A stretch of DNA of 64,000 nucleotides. It comes from Candidatus Zhuqueibacterota bacterium. Its GTDB lineage: Bacteria; Zhuqueibacterota; Zhuqueibacteria; Residuimicrobiales; Krinioviventaceae. Positions 9,013 to 18,555 of this stretch are shown one piece after another. The translations under genes were made by a program, and so were the position numbers. The notes beneath the pieces are model-generated. The model was given only the letters and a program-made list of their open reading frames with translations, was not told the DNA's origin and ran no database searches. The stretch covers positions 675 through 64,674 of the forward strand of contig JAFGSB010000126.1 in NCBI GenBank assembly GCA_016934825.1, in the 5' to 3' direction. How positions within the stretch are numbered: the first letter of the stretch is position 1; each line of letters opens with the position of its first letter.

Positions 9013-11248
9013 ATTGTTTTTCCTTTTCGTTAGGATCCTCTGCGGATATTATGGACAAATATGCGAGAAGATAAGACAACGTACTTTCCGCCCCCTGATT
9101 GATATTTACGCCGTAGCTTTCCAGGCCATCACAACAACCTTTGGTACCATCGTCATATAAAGATATATCTAATTCATTTTTTCCGATAAACCACAAAAAT
9201 GAATCCACCATTCGGTCATAATATATTTTTGATTTGGTCACTCTGTAAGCTTTTTCATACATCAAAACAAGGGCCATTGCATTAATGGGTTGCTGGGCGT
9301 ATTTTGCACATTGTTCCCCCTTTTTGTACCAGCCGTTGCTGCCAACGGAAGATAAATATTTGTTTCTGAATACAATACGATCAAGAAAATTGACAGATTC
9401 CTGTGCTATATTTAAAATTTCTGGATCCCCCAGAATTTCGTAAGCATAAAATAACGATAAAGGTAAAATACCGTTATCATAAGTTAAAATATCCTCGAAC
9501 CAGCACCATTCCGAAGTCCTGTTAATTTTATATTTAAACATCATTTTTTCTGTTAAATCACGCAAATATTTTATCATCATTTTTTCATTCCGCAATCGAT
9601 GAAGAAAATGACCTGTACCGATTATGGTTGTTGCTAAACATCTTACCGAATTAATTTTGGTAATATTGGGTATGGCGTTGAAAAAAATTTCCAAAGCAGC
9701 CTGGTACAGGGCATCTTTGGGTTTATATCTTATCAGGTACCCAAGCGCCCAGAGAGTTCTGCCAAATACATCCTCACTACATTTGCTGTCAACAATTTCT
9801 TTTTCATAATTTAAAAAATTACGAAAAGAGCCGTCTTCCTGCTGCATATAATGAATAAAGCTCAAATAGATGGCCATCAGGTCAATAGCTTTATGGTCCT
9901 TTTTTAAATTATAATACTTGTTTATCATCAATAATGCTCTTGCATTATCATCCAGACAATACCCTTCCTTTAAATTCGGAACAAAAGATTTGGCATGCTG
10001 TAAAATACCCGTTTGATCGGTCAGTCGATAAACATGGTCCAAACTGAGTGTCGGAAGTTTTAATAAACGGTTTTGAGGGTTACTCTGTATATGATAAGGC
10101 TGCTGGTTAGAAACTTGATTAAATAATTCCAGATATTTTCCGCCTACTTTTGCCCACTTGAAATTTTCCCCAAAAGCCCTTGTCTTTTCCCTGAGCGCCT
10201 CAATCTTGTCGGGATTATCCAGCAAGTGCTCTACAATTTGAGCGCATTTTTGCGAATCGTTAAAGTCAAACAGACAACCCCGTCCATCGGCCAGTAATTC
10301 CCTGGCGTGCCAATACGGCGTTGATATAATCGCCGCTCCGGCACCCACGGCGTACGATAATGTACCGCTTGTTATCTGGGCTTCATTCAAAAAGGGGGTA
10401 ATATATATATCGATTGCGGACAAGTACTCCATTAATGTTTTTTGACTGACAAAATTTTTTATAAAGAGAACATTATCCTCCAGCTTTAGATCATGTACCA
10501 TTTTTAATAATGATTCACGGTACTCTTCACCGGTTTCCCGCAGAATGTTCGGATGTGTTTTACCCAACACAATATAAAGTAAAGCCGGATGTTTCCTGAC
10601 GACCTGAGACAGCGCATGTAATACTGTTTCAATTCCCTTGTTTCGATTTAACAAACCAAAAGTGAGTAATACTTTTCGGTGATTTAAATGATATTTTTCC
10701 CGCAAATCTTTTTTATCGACGATCTGAAAATCCGGGACACCGTGATGAAAAATTATAATTTTATTCATCGGAATTTTATAGATTTCAATCAATAACTGTA
10801 TGGCGTGTTTGCTCATTACAATCACTTTTACCGATCTCTCCCCTATTTTCTTTATGATCTCTTTTTCATGATAGTTGGGCGCTTTTAAAACGGTATGCAT
10901 GACTGTAACAAGTGGTACATCAATACGATGAATCAGAGGGAGAATATAAACACCACTGTTGCCGCCAAATATACCGAATTCATGCTGCAATAGACAAATA
11001 TCGGCATGACTATTATTTATATAATCGGCAGCTTTAATATATTCCTTCTGTTGTTGCTGATTAATTGAGTATTTTACGGGATCCGGATAATTAAAATGTT
11101 TATAGGGTGGATTCATTGCAATAATATCCATCTCAAAACGTGTTTTGATCTTGCGGGCATTTATCTGAAGGGAAGTATAAAGATCATGGGTAAAGGCGGC
11201 GATTCCACATTCCCGGGGCGGAAAATTCCCAATACATATCAATTTCAT
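8969..11248 (-). CDS. GT4 glycosyltransferase fused to a ~370-aa helical C-terminal domain of unknown function
   Basis: The N-terminal ~390 aa are GT4-like (NEAQITSGTLSYAVGAGAAIISTP). The C-terminal half is helix-rich with (alpha/alpha)-toroid-like motifs (DDNARALL, GRTLWALGYL). Overlaps the downstream GH130 start by 44 nt. Confidence 0.7.
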   Translation of the reverse strand: MKLICIGNFPPRECGIAAFTHDLYTSLQINARKIKTRFEMDIIAMNPPYKHFNYPDPVKYSINQQQQKEYIKAADYINNSHADICLLQHEFGIFGGNSGVYILPLIHRIDVPLVTVMHTVLKAPNYHEKEIIKKIGERSVKVIVMSKHAIQLLIEIYKIPMNKIIIFHHGVPDFQIVDKKDLREKYHLNHRKVLLTFGLLNRNKGIETVLHALSQVVRKHPALLYIVLGKTHPNILRETGEEYRESLLKMVHDLKLEDNVLFIKNFVSQKTLMEYLSAIDIYITPFLNEAQITSGTLSYAVGAGAAIISTPYWHARELLADGRGCLFDFNDSQKCAQIVEHLLDNPDKIEALREKTRAFGENFKWAKVGGKYLELFNQVSNQQPYHIQSNPQNRLLKLPTLSLDHVYRLTDQTGILQHAKSFVPNLKEGYCLDDNARALLMINKYYNLKKDHKAIDLMAIYLSFIHYMQQEDGSFRNFLNYEKEIVDSKCSEDVFGRTLWALGYLIRYKPKDALYQAALEIFFNAIPNITKINSVRCLATTIIGTGHFLHRLRNEKMMIKYLRDLTEKMMFKYKINRTSEWCWFEDILTYDNGILPLSLFYAYEILGDPEILNIAQESVNFLDRIVFRNKYLSSVGSNGWYKKGEQCAKYAQQPINAMALVLMYEKAYRVTKSKIYYDRMVDSFLWFIGKNELDISLYDDGTKGCCDGLESYGVNINQGAESTLSYLLAYLSIISAEDPNEKEKQYAYSQKIYQESGFN

Positions 11249-12252
11249 TATTCACTCCATAAAATGGAATTGAATCGTTTTGATCACGTAGATACGATTA
11301 ACAATGATGCCGCTGATTCAATATCGATTTTCAAAATTCAAAAAAAGAATAAGGCAGCTTAAATAATTGGATGATAATTTTCCAGAAAAAAATGGGGATT
11401 GTATTTACTTTATCGATATAATTGTTAACCTCAGGATTGGTAATTTGTGTGGTATTTCCTGAAAAATATGAACGTACTTTATAATACACTATTATAGATA
11501 AAAATACAAGTAATTTATACAGTCGTGTAATAATATTAAAGAACAACAAATTATCTCATCAGCCTCTAAAACGTTTTTCCACTATGGTAGATGTATATTT
11601 TAAAAACAGACATAATCCGCTCATTTATTATGAAAAGAAATAATGTATCTTTTATCATGAACCGGTTATATATAAATTTTAATAAATATATCTTTATATA
11701 TTACACACGACCGGACATTTTATTCTCTAAATATTTAAACAAAAAATTTACTATATGGAATTCCGGCAAATATAATTTCAAATATTTCCACATGTGCCCG
11801 GTTAAAGACCGTTACCCGAACCATTTTACATATTCAATAAAATCAATTAATGTGATTTTCACTAATCAATTGTTACTAACAAGTCAAATAATGATTTCAT
11901 ATATGAAACTGTTCATAATATAATAGGTAAAGAGTGTCGTGTCCCGGTTCAACCGAGCACTGGTAATATTTTATAATAATTATTGGTGGGCCATTATTTT
12001 AACATTGGCAGGTCTATGTAGAGTTATAAATAATTTACTAAAAAACGCAGGATGGTGAAAGGGAAAAAACAAGTGTTTGTTACTAAAGTATCCTTTTCAC
12101 CGGGAATCCCCTTGTGTTATAAAGATTATAAAAATAAATACAACAGTAAAATATTCCGGTAAATGAAGTACCCCGCAGCAAGCTACGAGGTATCTGTTGG
12201 TCGTTTTTATTATTATTCCAGAGTAAGCTTTGGAGAATTTAACCAAAAGAGA

Positions 12253-13173
12253 TTAACATATATTATTCACTATCTCCTTAATACCACTAAGATTATCATC
12301 GATAGCGGCAATATGTCCACTAATATTAAATGTTTCATTAGGAGAAATATCATTCTTTAAAATCTCCCAGGCAAAATTCATTTCCAATTCATGTTTAAAA
12401 TCATCATTCAAACCAAAGCCAAGATTGTTATTCTGGCAATACAGGCCGGCAATGTGCACTATCGCGACCAAATGCCTTTCATAAATAGACGTCTCGGGCT
12501 TGTGGTGCCGGGATACCACATGAGCAATTTCACCAAAATAATTCCATTGTTCAAGCAGCCAGGGACCGAAATCCGTATGACTGATCCCTAATATTTCATT
12601 TTCCGCTTCCTCAAAATTCATATTGGTACTTTCAACCTTTTTTACCACCTTTAAAAATTCATTGGGGAAATTATGGATAAGTATAACTTCACCAATATCA
12701 TGTAACAATCCGGCAAGGTAAGCGCGTTCATGGTCTTTATATTTCAGACTTTTAGCCAATAATTTACTGACAACTGCTGTGGCAAAAGAATACTCCCAAA
12801 AGGACTTGAACAACTTTGAATTTTGGTTGTTGGAGAAATTATTGACCAAAGTTGTTGTCAGGACAACATTTTTTATCTCCTTTGACCCCAAATAAACAAG
12901 AGCCTCCCTAAGTGATTCAATTCTTCTCCCGAGTCCGAAATAGACCGAATTAACCACACGTACCATTTTGGCCGTCAGTACCTGATCCATCATAATCAGA
13001 TCAATGAGATCATCGATACTAAACTCGGGATCTTTTGTCTTGTCCAATATTTTTATTGCAACTGGAGGCAAAACGGGCAAATTTTCAATTTTACTCAAAA
13101 AGGCCAAAAGTTTTTTATCCTTCGGGTTTTGGGTATTTTGAGTATCATCCTTTTTTATGACATTTGCGATCAA
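12253..13173 (-). CDS. HDOD-domain signalling protein
   Basis: Contains LPVLPPVAIKIL...DLIDLIMMDQVLTAKMVRVVNSVYFG and GLLHDIGEVIL, the hallmark of HDOD. Last gene of the pilus operon, 29 nt after the preceding stop. Confidence 0.8.
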   Translation of the reverse strand: MIANVIKKDDTQNTQNPKDKKLLAFLSKIENLPVLPPVAIKILDKTKDPEFSIDDLIDLIMMDQVLTAKMVRVVNSVYFGLGRRIESLREALVYLGSKEIKNVVLTTTLVNNFSNNQNSKLFKSFWEYSFATAVVSKLLAKSLKYKDHERAYLAGLLHDIGEVILIHNFPNEFLKVVKKVESTNMNFEEAENEILGISHTDFGPWLLEQWNYFGEIAHVVSRHHKPETSIYERHLVAIVHIAGLYCQNNNLGFGLNDDFKHELEMNFAWEILKNDISPNETFNISGHIAAIDDNLSGIKEIVNNIC

Positions 13174-13202
13174 TTATTAACCTCACATTTTAAATTATTT
13201 TG

Positions 13203-14480
13203 TTATTCGTACCATGCAATTTTTCTTAAAGCCAGAAGCATTGGGAAAAACGGCGGTTTCATATCTTTTAACCTGGGGTCCCACTTGTAACTTTTTAGGT
13301 ACCCCATATGCGGGCTGCCAAGCTGGCCTACGGCCCCACGTGCATATTGAATCAAACCACCGTATAAACGTAAATAACCATATGTTTGTGTCCAGTAATC
13401 TTCAACATAAAAATTTCTTGAGTAGGTATAAGTCGTCGGATTCATTGTCATTATCGTCGCCTGAATGGTACGATCCTGTAAATAGTGGTTATCGGCTACA
13501 ATGACATCCCGGGTTGCGCATAAACCAACTATATCCGTTGAATGGGGATTTGTTGCCGGGTTGTCATTACATAATAAATCATCATCAATTTTAATTTTAC
13601 CTTCAGAGGCTACGGTCACCTGACCGCTAACAGTACCTTCAACATGAACCTCCGTACTTGTGGGACTGCCGGAGTAATTGGCGTAAATGACGCCGTTTGT
13701 TCCGGCTAAATTGTAAGTCGAGTATTCGCCTGCCGTTGGCGGTGTTGAATAATTCTTATGGGCTATCAAAGCCGTTGTATCGTTTTGAAATTTGATCCAG
13801 ACATACCTGTCGCTAAAAGTCGTTCCACCGGTATATGCTGCATTGACCAGATCCATAGGAATAGAATCGGGCATTTTTAATTCAGGGACAAGCCATTCGG
13901 TACCGTTATGAAACTCCGGATTAGTGGAAGAGTAGTATTTTTGGTATGGCTGCGTTGAAGAATAGACCTGATGACTGCTGACCTTACCTAAAAACACAAC
14001 CTGATTACCGGTTGTTCCGCTTATGTGAAAATATTCATTGGTGTGCACGGGACCGTGGAGTGTATCACCACCCGCAAACCAGATGTTTCCTTCATTATTT
14101 GTAAAATAAGCAAATCGTGAAAAGGATGGTCGTGTTAATAAAACGACAGTCGTATCTTTTAATCCAAGATATTCGCCGATGGACATGACTCTGATCATTG
14201 TCGGACCCAGGTACGGATCCTCAGTTCGTCTTTCAAAAGAATATGAAAATTTACCATTGCCCCATCTTACATCATTAACCGGGTCATCGGCGTCAACATC
14301 AAGCATTAACGCATTGAGGGCTGCGTTTGCACCGCTGTTGGCCAAATTACGTAATAAAATTTGGTTGTATTTATCTACATAATTCTCCATTCCCCGATGT
14401 ACCGATCCCTGTGTTTGCAATCGTAAAAACATAACACTGATCAGCAGACCCAGTACCATTATTATTGAATATTTTCCCAT
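13203..14480 (-). CDS. pilus-associated secreted/anchored protein, unknown function
   Basis: 425 aa with one N-terminal hydrophobic helix (MGKYSIIMVLGLLISVMFL). The rest is beta-rich and Thr/Tyr/Asn-rich (GPVHTNEYFHISG). Its position after two pilin-like genes suggests a minor pilin or tip factor. Confidence 0.45.
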   Translation of the reverse strand: MGKYSIIMVLGLLISVMFLRLQTQGSVHRGMENYVDKYNQILLRNLANSGANAALNALMLDVDADDPVNDVRWGNGKFSYSFERRTEDPYLGPTMIRVMSIGEYLGLKDTTVVLLTRPSFSRFAYFTNNEGNIWFAGGDTLHGPVHTNEYFHISGTTGNQVVFLGKVSSHQVYSSTQPYQKYYSSTNPEFHNGTEWLVPELKMPDSIPMDLVNAAYTGGTTFSDRYVWIKFQNDTTALIAHKNYSTPPTAGEYSTYNLAGTNGVIYANYSGSPTSTEVHVEGTVSGQVTVASEGKIKIDDDLLCNDNPATNPHSTDIVGLCATRDVIVADNHYLQDRTIQATIMTMNPTTYTYSRNFYVEDYWTQTYGYLRLYGGLIQYARGAVGQLGSPHMGYLKSYKWDPRLKDMKPPFFPMLLALRKIAWYE

Positions 14481-14503
14481 TTTTTACTCGAATATTTAAT
14501 AAA

Positions 14504-15100
14504 TTAAATACCTAACAGATTTTTGGGTGTTATCCTCATGATATACATAAATCTGGAATATTCACCCTTGAACGGTTCTTTACTTTCAATCTGCAAAGAT
14601 ACCCGGATCATTCGTATCTTGCGTAAAGAGTCAGAAACAACCGGGGTGGAAAATTCAAATCCCTGCTGGTTGTAATATTGCATTCGTAAACGTGTCAATC
14701 CAAGACTGTACCCACTGTGATTTTCTCCGTTTACCTTGCGGACAAATTTTTTATCCCTCGGATTTTCCGTGCTCGTATCCGGCGTGACAAAAATATATTC
14801 TATATGTGTTGAATCGGAAATATGGACTCCCAAAACAGCTTTGGGATTTTTATTATATGAAAATCTTATCTGCGAAGTATCAGCAAGGGTGATGGCCCTT
14901 TCAGGGCGCGTCAGACAATGGCCTATTTTACGCATTTCCCAATTCATTATATCGGCTGCTAATTTCAGATTCTCTTCCGTATGCAAATCCTGTTGAATGA
15001 AAATTGAACTGGCCTTCACACTGGTATCGACCTGTACGACAATTAATATAATCATACCGGCAATGATGAAGGAGATTATAACATCTAACATACTGTTCAT
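14504..15100 (-). CDS. pilin-like protein with non-canonical N-terminus
   Basis: 198 aa. The hydrophobic helix MNSMLDVIISFIIAGMIILIVV starts at residue ~4. No G|F/MxxxE motif. An in-frame stop 7 codons upstream of the ATG rules out a longer leader. Confidence 0.5.
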   Translation of the reverse strand: MNSMLDVIISFIIAGMIILIVVQVDTSVKASSIFIQQDLHTEENLKLAADIMNWEMRKIGHCLTRPERAITLADTSQIRFSYNKNPKAVLGVHISDSTHIEYIFVTPDTSTENPRDKKFVRKVNGENHSGYSLGLTRLRMQYYNQQGFEFSTPVVSDSLRKIRMIRVSLQIESKEPFKGEYSRFMYIMRITPKNLLGI

Positions 15101-15125
15101 ATTGATATTACCCGATAATTAAATA

Positions 15126-15629
15126 TTATTCGCTGAAAAAATAATGATATGCAAATAATTTTTTTATAATTATAGATTGCCCAACCGCTCCGGCAAAAGC
15201 TTCCGAGGAAATCGTAACACTCATTTCTTTAAAATATGTGTTGTTTGATGTTGAATTAAAAGAATTATTCGGATCGACATAATAGACAGATATATTAACA
15301 GTAAAAGGAATTGAATTTGTTAAACTATCTACAATTGTAAAATCGTTAAAATCATCAACATCATCATATGACCCGTATGATTCATTTGAGTCGGGACCAA
15401 AATTGAGAGCTGAAGTAAATGAAGCAATTGCCGAAGCAGATTTATTTTCATCAAATTTTAAAGCCTCAGCTTCTTCAATATAACGCTGCGCCGCCCCCAT
15501 TGCTTCTATATATTGCTCACTCTGATAAATAGCGGTATGGTCCTGTACCATGTGAGAGTTTAAAGTTAAAGTAAAAATGGATAACAGAACCAACGCGCCA
15601 ATTGTTAATAATGTTTCTGATGAGGCCAT
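15126..15629 (-). CDS. pilin-like protein with non-canonical N-terminus
   Basis: 167 aa, MASSETLLTIGALVLLSIFTL. Glu is residue 5 of the unprocessed protein and there is no leader peptide. Only 16 nt separate it from the upstream stop. Confidence 0.5.
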   Translation of the reverse strand: MASSETLLTIGALVLLSIFTLTLNSHMVQDHTAIYQSEQYIEAMGAAQRYIEEAEALKFDENKSASAIASFTSALNFGPDSNESYGSYDDVDDFNDFTIVDSLTNSIPFTVNISVYYVDPNNSFNSTSNNTYFKEMSVTISSEAFAGAVGQSIIIKKLFAYHYFFSE

Positions 15630-15645
15630 ATTGTAATACTATCTT

Positions 15646-18516
15646 TTAAGGTTCTTCTAAGGACAAATAAATGAATATTGTTTTTGTTGCGCTGCCATTA
15701 GGACTTTCAAGGTTAAAAGTAATTTCAGCCGTACCGGCTTTATCGTCAATCGGATCCAAATTATTCAATAAATAAGTTGAATAAAATGTGCTGCCCAAAC
15801 CGTATTTTTCCGGACTCGGCATAAATGTTGTTTGCGCCAGCCTGCCCTTGGAGCTGGATGCGGTCAGGGTTGAACCCTGCGAAACCGGGTTTCCGTTTAT
15901 GTCATAAACGCGAATACTAATTACAGCAGCCTCACCCAGTTTCAGGGAAGTTTTATCCGCGTTCACCCGGAAGCCCTGTATTTGACCGTCCGGCCAGGGA
16001 TTCGTATTCAACGGACCGCTGAATATCACGCCGCCGTAGGTATACACCATAACGGTCGAGTCGGAGTGGTCTGATTGGTGCAGGTACTGATCACAACCCT
16101 GGGTTTTGGCCAGAACAAAAGCCATTCCATCATTCTCGCCATAATTGCCAAGACTGTTAAGTACTTCCGAGCCTTCAAAATCAGGTACTTGAATATCCAG
16201 CATTAAATCGGGAGCATTGGGATTTGGTATACGGTGCGGCGCCAACACAAACGGGTCCGAAGGATTTAAATAAGGCTTTGGATTTGCGGACCTTAATATG
16301 GCCGTACCGACGCCATTAGCATCCGTTTTTACATCGGTTGTGATGATACCGGCTGTTGATGTTAAATAAACTGTTGTACCCTCCTCCACAGGATTATTAT
16401 ACCTGTCACCAACATATACTGTTACTTCATAGTCTTTGACATTGTGCCACCCATCCCGATTTATGTAATCAAAAGCAATTGTCATATGGCTTTCCACATG
16501 ATTTTTATCATTCGGATCGATCCACATATACGGCGGACCCGAACGGATCACAACATTCGCGATTCTGGCTGTAATATCATATTCTCCAACAACTTCGGCC
16601 ATAATTCGCACTGTTCCGGATCGGGTACCCGCTTTTAAAGTCGCTTTGGCCTCACCATCCACAGTTTTGATCGGGACTGATTCGGATAACGAACCATTTT
16701 TTGCAGGGAATATGGATTCACCGCCTCCGGGGCCGTTTAACAATGTAAATTTGACCGAAACATCATTCGAAACCGGTGTACCGGTTTGTGACAGCACACG
16801 TGCCGTCAGAGTTGTTTGTTCAAGATTTCCCGTTTCCTTGACCCAGATGAAATTCGGTTCGGCAGTAAGCAAGATCGTTGTCGGCTTTTCGGATGCAAAA
16901 ATAATCGGCACCGTTTTATAAAGCCCGCCATAAAAAACATTTACGTATGCAATACCGGCCTGCGATTCCGAAATTAATTCAGCCTTGGCGGTTCCCAAAA
17001 CATCCGTTGTTGCCTGATTGGGGATAGAACCTAAATTCGAATTAAAATTAACAACGGCATAGGGAATTACATCTTTTGTCGTCGTTAATTTGAGCTGAAC
17101 AGTTATAACAGATGAAGCAATGCCGTCGGCCTGTATTGAATCCGGATTCGCGGATACCTGCATGGAAACCCCAAGCAGATCAATCGGTAAAGTTGTTGTC
17201 ATCGTACCAAATGTCGCCGTTATCACATCCCGGGCATCAACAGAGTCTGCATCGGAAATATAATCAACTTCAGCCTGACCGTTTTCATCGGTTATGGCGA
17301 CACTGTCCACCACTCCGTAATTCGCCTTGAATCGGAGTTTTGTGTCTTTAACCGGATTTTGCTGGTCGTCTAAAAGTGTTGCGGTTAACTTTACTGCCGA
17401 AATACCATTCCGGATAACCACCTGGTTACCGGTCAATGAAAATAAAGTCTGTCCCGCCGATTCTACAAAAGATATTTGCGCAGTATCGGACACATTATAA
17501 AAACTGGATATAACCTGAACATTGGGATTTGCCGAACTGCCGCTCACCAGATCGGCCAATGCGTCACCTTTCTCATTTGTTACCGCGGTTGCGGTTATAG
17601 AACCGTCCGAGGTTATAAAATTTACATTTGCACCCACTATCGGATTATTTTTATGAGTAGTCAATCTTGCTGTCATCACTAATTTGCTTTTTCCGTCGGC
17701 GGACAATTGCGCAATTTCGGGAAACAAATTCAGTTTGGGAGTCACATAGCTCAATAAGATTTGTTTACTTTCAAAGGTCCCATAATCAATAAATATCGTA
17801 TCATCGATTGCCCTGGTCAAAGAAACCAGATCAACGGCGGCTACCCCCCTCTCAGATGTTTTTAATTGGCCAGGAACCGTATTATATATTGCTCTTAAAA
17901 ATATATCGGCCCCGGGTACCGCCTTCTTACTTACGGTTTCTTTAATAACAACTTCAAGTTTGGCGGTATTAATTCCATCAGCCGGTATATCCTTTTGATC
18001 AATTACAGCCGTTAAGGTCACTCCGATAAATTTAATATCGATTGTAGCGGTATCTGAGGCATCTCCGGACACTTTTTTCAACTTTTCTGTCTGAGAAAAA
18101 TTTTTCACTTTCAGCACAACTTTATGTTTATCCGGAATTTTTTTGTTCAACGAACTGCTGTCCTGAATGGTCGCCGTAACGGTTACATCAAGGTCCACAT
18201 CACTTGCTACACTGGTCAAAATTGCAGTCGTTTCACCCAAAACATTAGAAATCGAATAAGATGTTATAGAACCATGGTTTGTTGTAAAATTGACTCTTAC
18301 TCCTTGGGCCGGATATCCGCTTGTATCATAAACTACGGCAATAATTGAGGCGGTAGAAATTCCATCGGCAATTAACCAGGGTTCCTGATCATCAATCTCA
18401 ATTTTTTCAATCCTGTTTGGTCCTACAACTTTATCATCATCTTTACCACATTGTATCATAAAGAAAAAGCCCAACACCATGAAAATTGAAAAAATTAATT
18501 TATGATTTATCTTCAT
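15646..18516 (-). CDS. large lipoprotein with tandem bacterial Ig-like (Big_1, invasin/intimin-type) domains
   Basis: 956 aa with a lipobox (FFFMIQ|CGKDDD). At least 6 repeats follow the Big_1 pattern ADG.s...v.a.v.D..g.P..g..V.F....G.i......Td..G.A.a.l.s. Confidence 0.75.
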   Translation of the reverse strand: MKINHKLIFSIFMVLGFFFMIQCGKDDDKVVGPNRIEKIEIDDQEPWLIADGISTASIIAVVYDTSGYPAQGVRVNFTTNHGSITSYSISNVLGETTAILTSVASDVDLDVTVTATIQDSSSLNKKIPDKHKVVLKVKNFSQTEKLKKVSGDASDTATIDIKFIGVTLTAVIDQKDIPADGINTAKLEVVIKETVSKKAVPGADIFLRAIYNTVPGQLKTSERGVAAVDLVSLTRAIDDTIFIDYGTFESKQILLSYVTPKLNLFPEIAQLSADGKSKLVMTARLTTHKNNPIVGANVNFITSDGSITATAVTNEKGDALADLVSGSSANPNVQVISSFYNVSDTAQISFVESAGQTLFSLTGNQVVIRNGISAVKLTATLLDDQQNPVKDTKLRFKANYGVVDSVAITDENGQAEVDYISDADSVDARDVITATFGTMTTTLPIDLLGVSMQVSANPDSIQADGIASSVITVQLKLTTTKDVIPYAVVNFNSNLGSIPNQATTDVLGTAKAELISESQAGIAYVNVFYGGLYKTVPIIFASEKPTTILLTAEPNFIWVKETGNLEQTTLTARVLSQTGTPVSNDVSVKFTLLNGPGGGESIFPAKNGSLSESVPIKTVDGEAKATLKAGTRSGTVRIMAEVVGEYDITARIANVVIRSGPPYMWIDPNDKNHVESHMTIAFDYINRDGWHNVKDYEVTVYVGDRYNNPVEEGTTVYLTSTAGIITTDVKTDANGVGTAILRSANPKPYLNPSDPFVLAPHRIPNPNAPDLMLDIQVPDFEGSEVLNSLGNYGENDGMAFVLAKTQGCDQYLHQSDHSDSTVMVYTYGGVIFSGPLNTNPWPDGQIQGFRVNADKTSLKLGEAAVISIRVYDINGNPVSQGSTLTASSSKGRLAQTTFMPSPEKYGLGSTFYSTYLLNNLDPIDDKAGTAEITFNLESPNGSATKTIFIYLSLEEP

Positions 18517-18555
18517 TTTGATAACCTACTTTTCAAATAATAACATTCATTTACA

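Noticed and set aside
12169-12192. Hairpin taccccgcag-caag-ctacgaggta as a member of a widespread CCCGCAGCAAGCTGCGGGG-type palindromic element
   Set aside because: There is only a vague recollection of similar palindromes in metagenomic contigs. This copy has two mismatches and cannot be verified without a search. It is mentioned only as part of the spacer finding.
11331-12360. Track ORFs 11331..11549(-), 11591..11923(+) and 12163..12360(+) in the AT-rich spacer
   Set aside because: The translations are dominated by Ile/Asn/Lys/Tyr/Phe, as expected from random AT-rich DNA. There is no RBS and no motif. The last one runs antisense into the HDOD gene.
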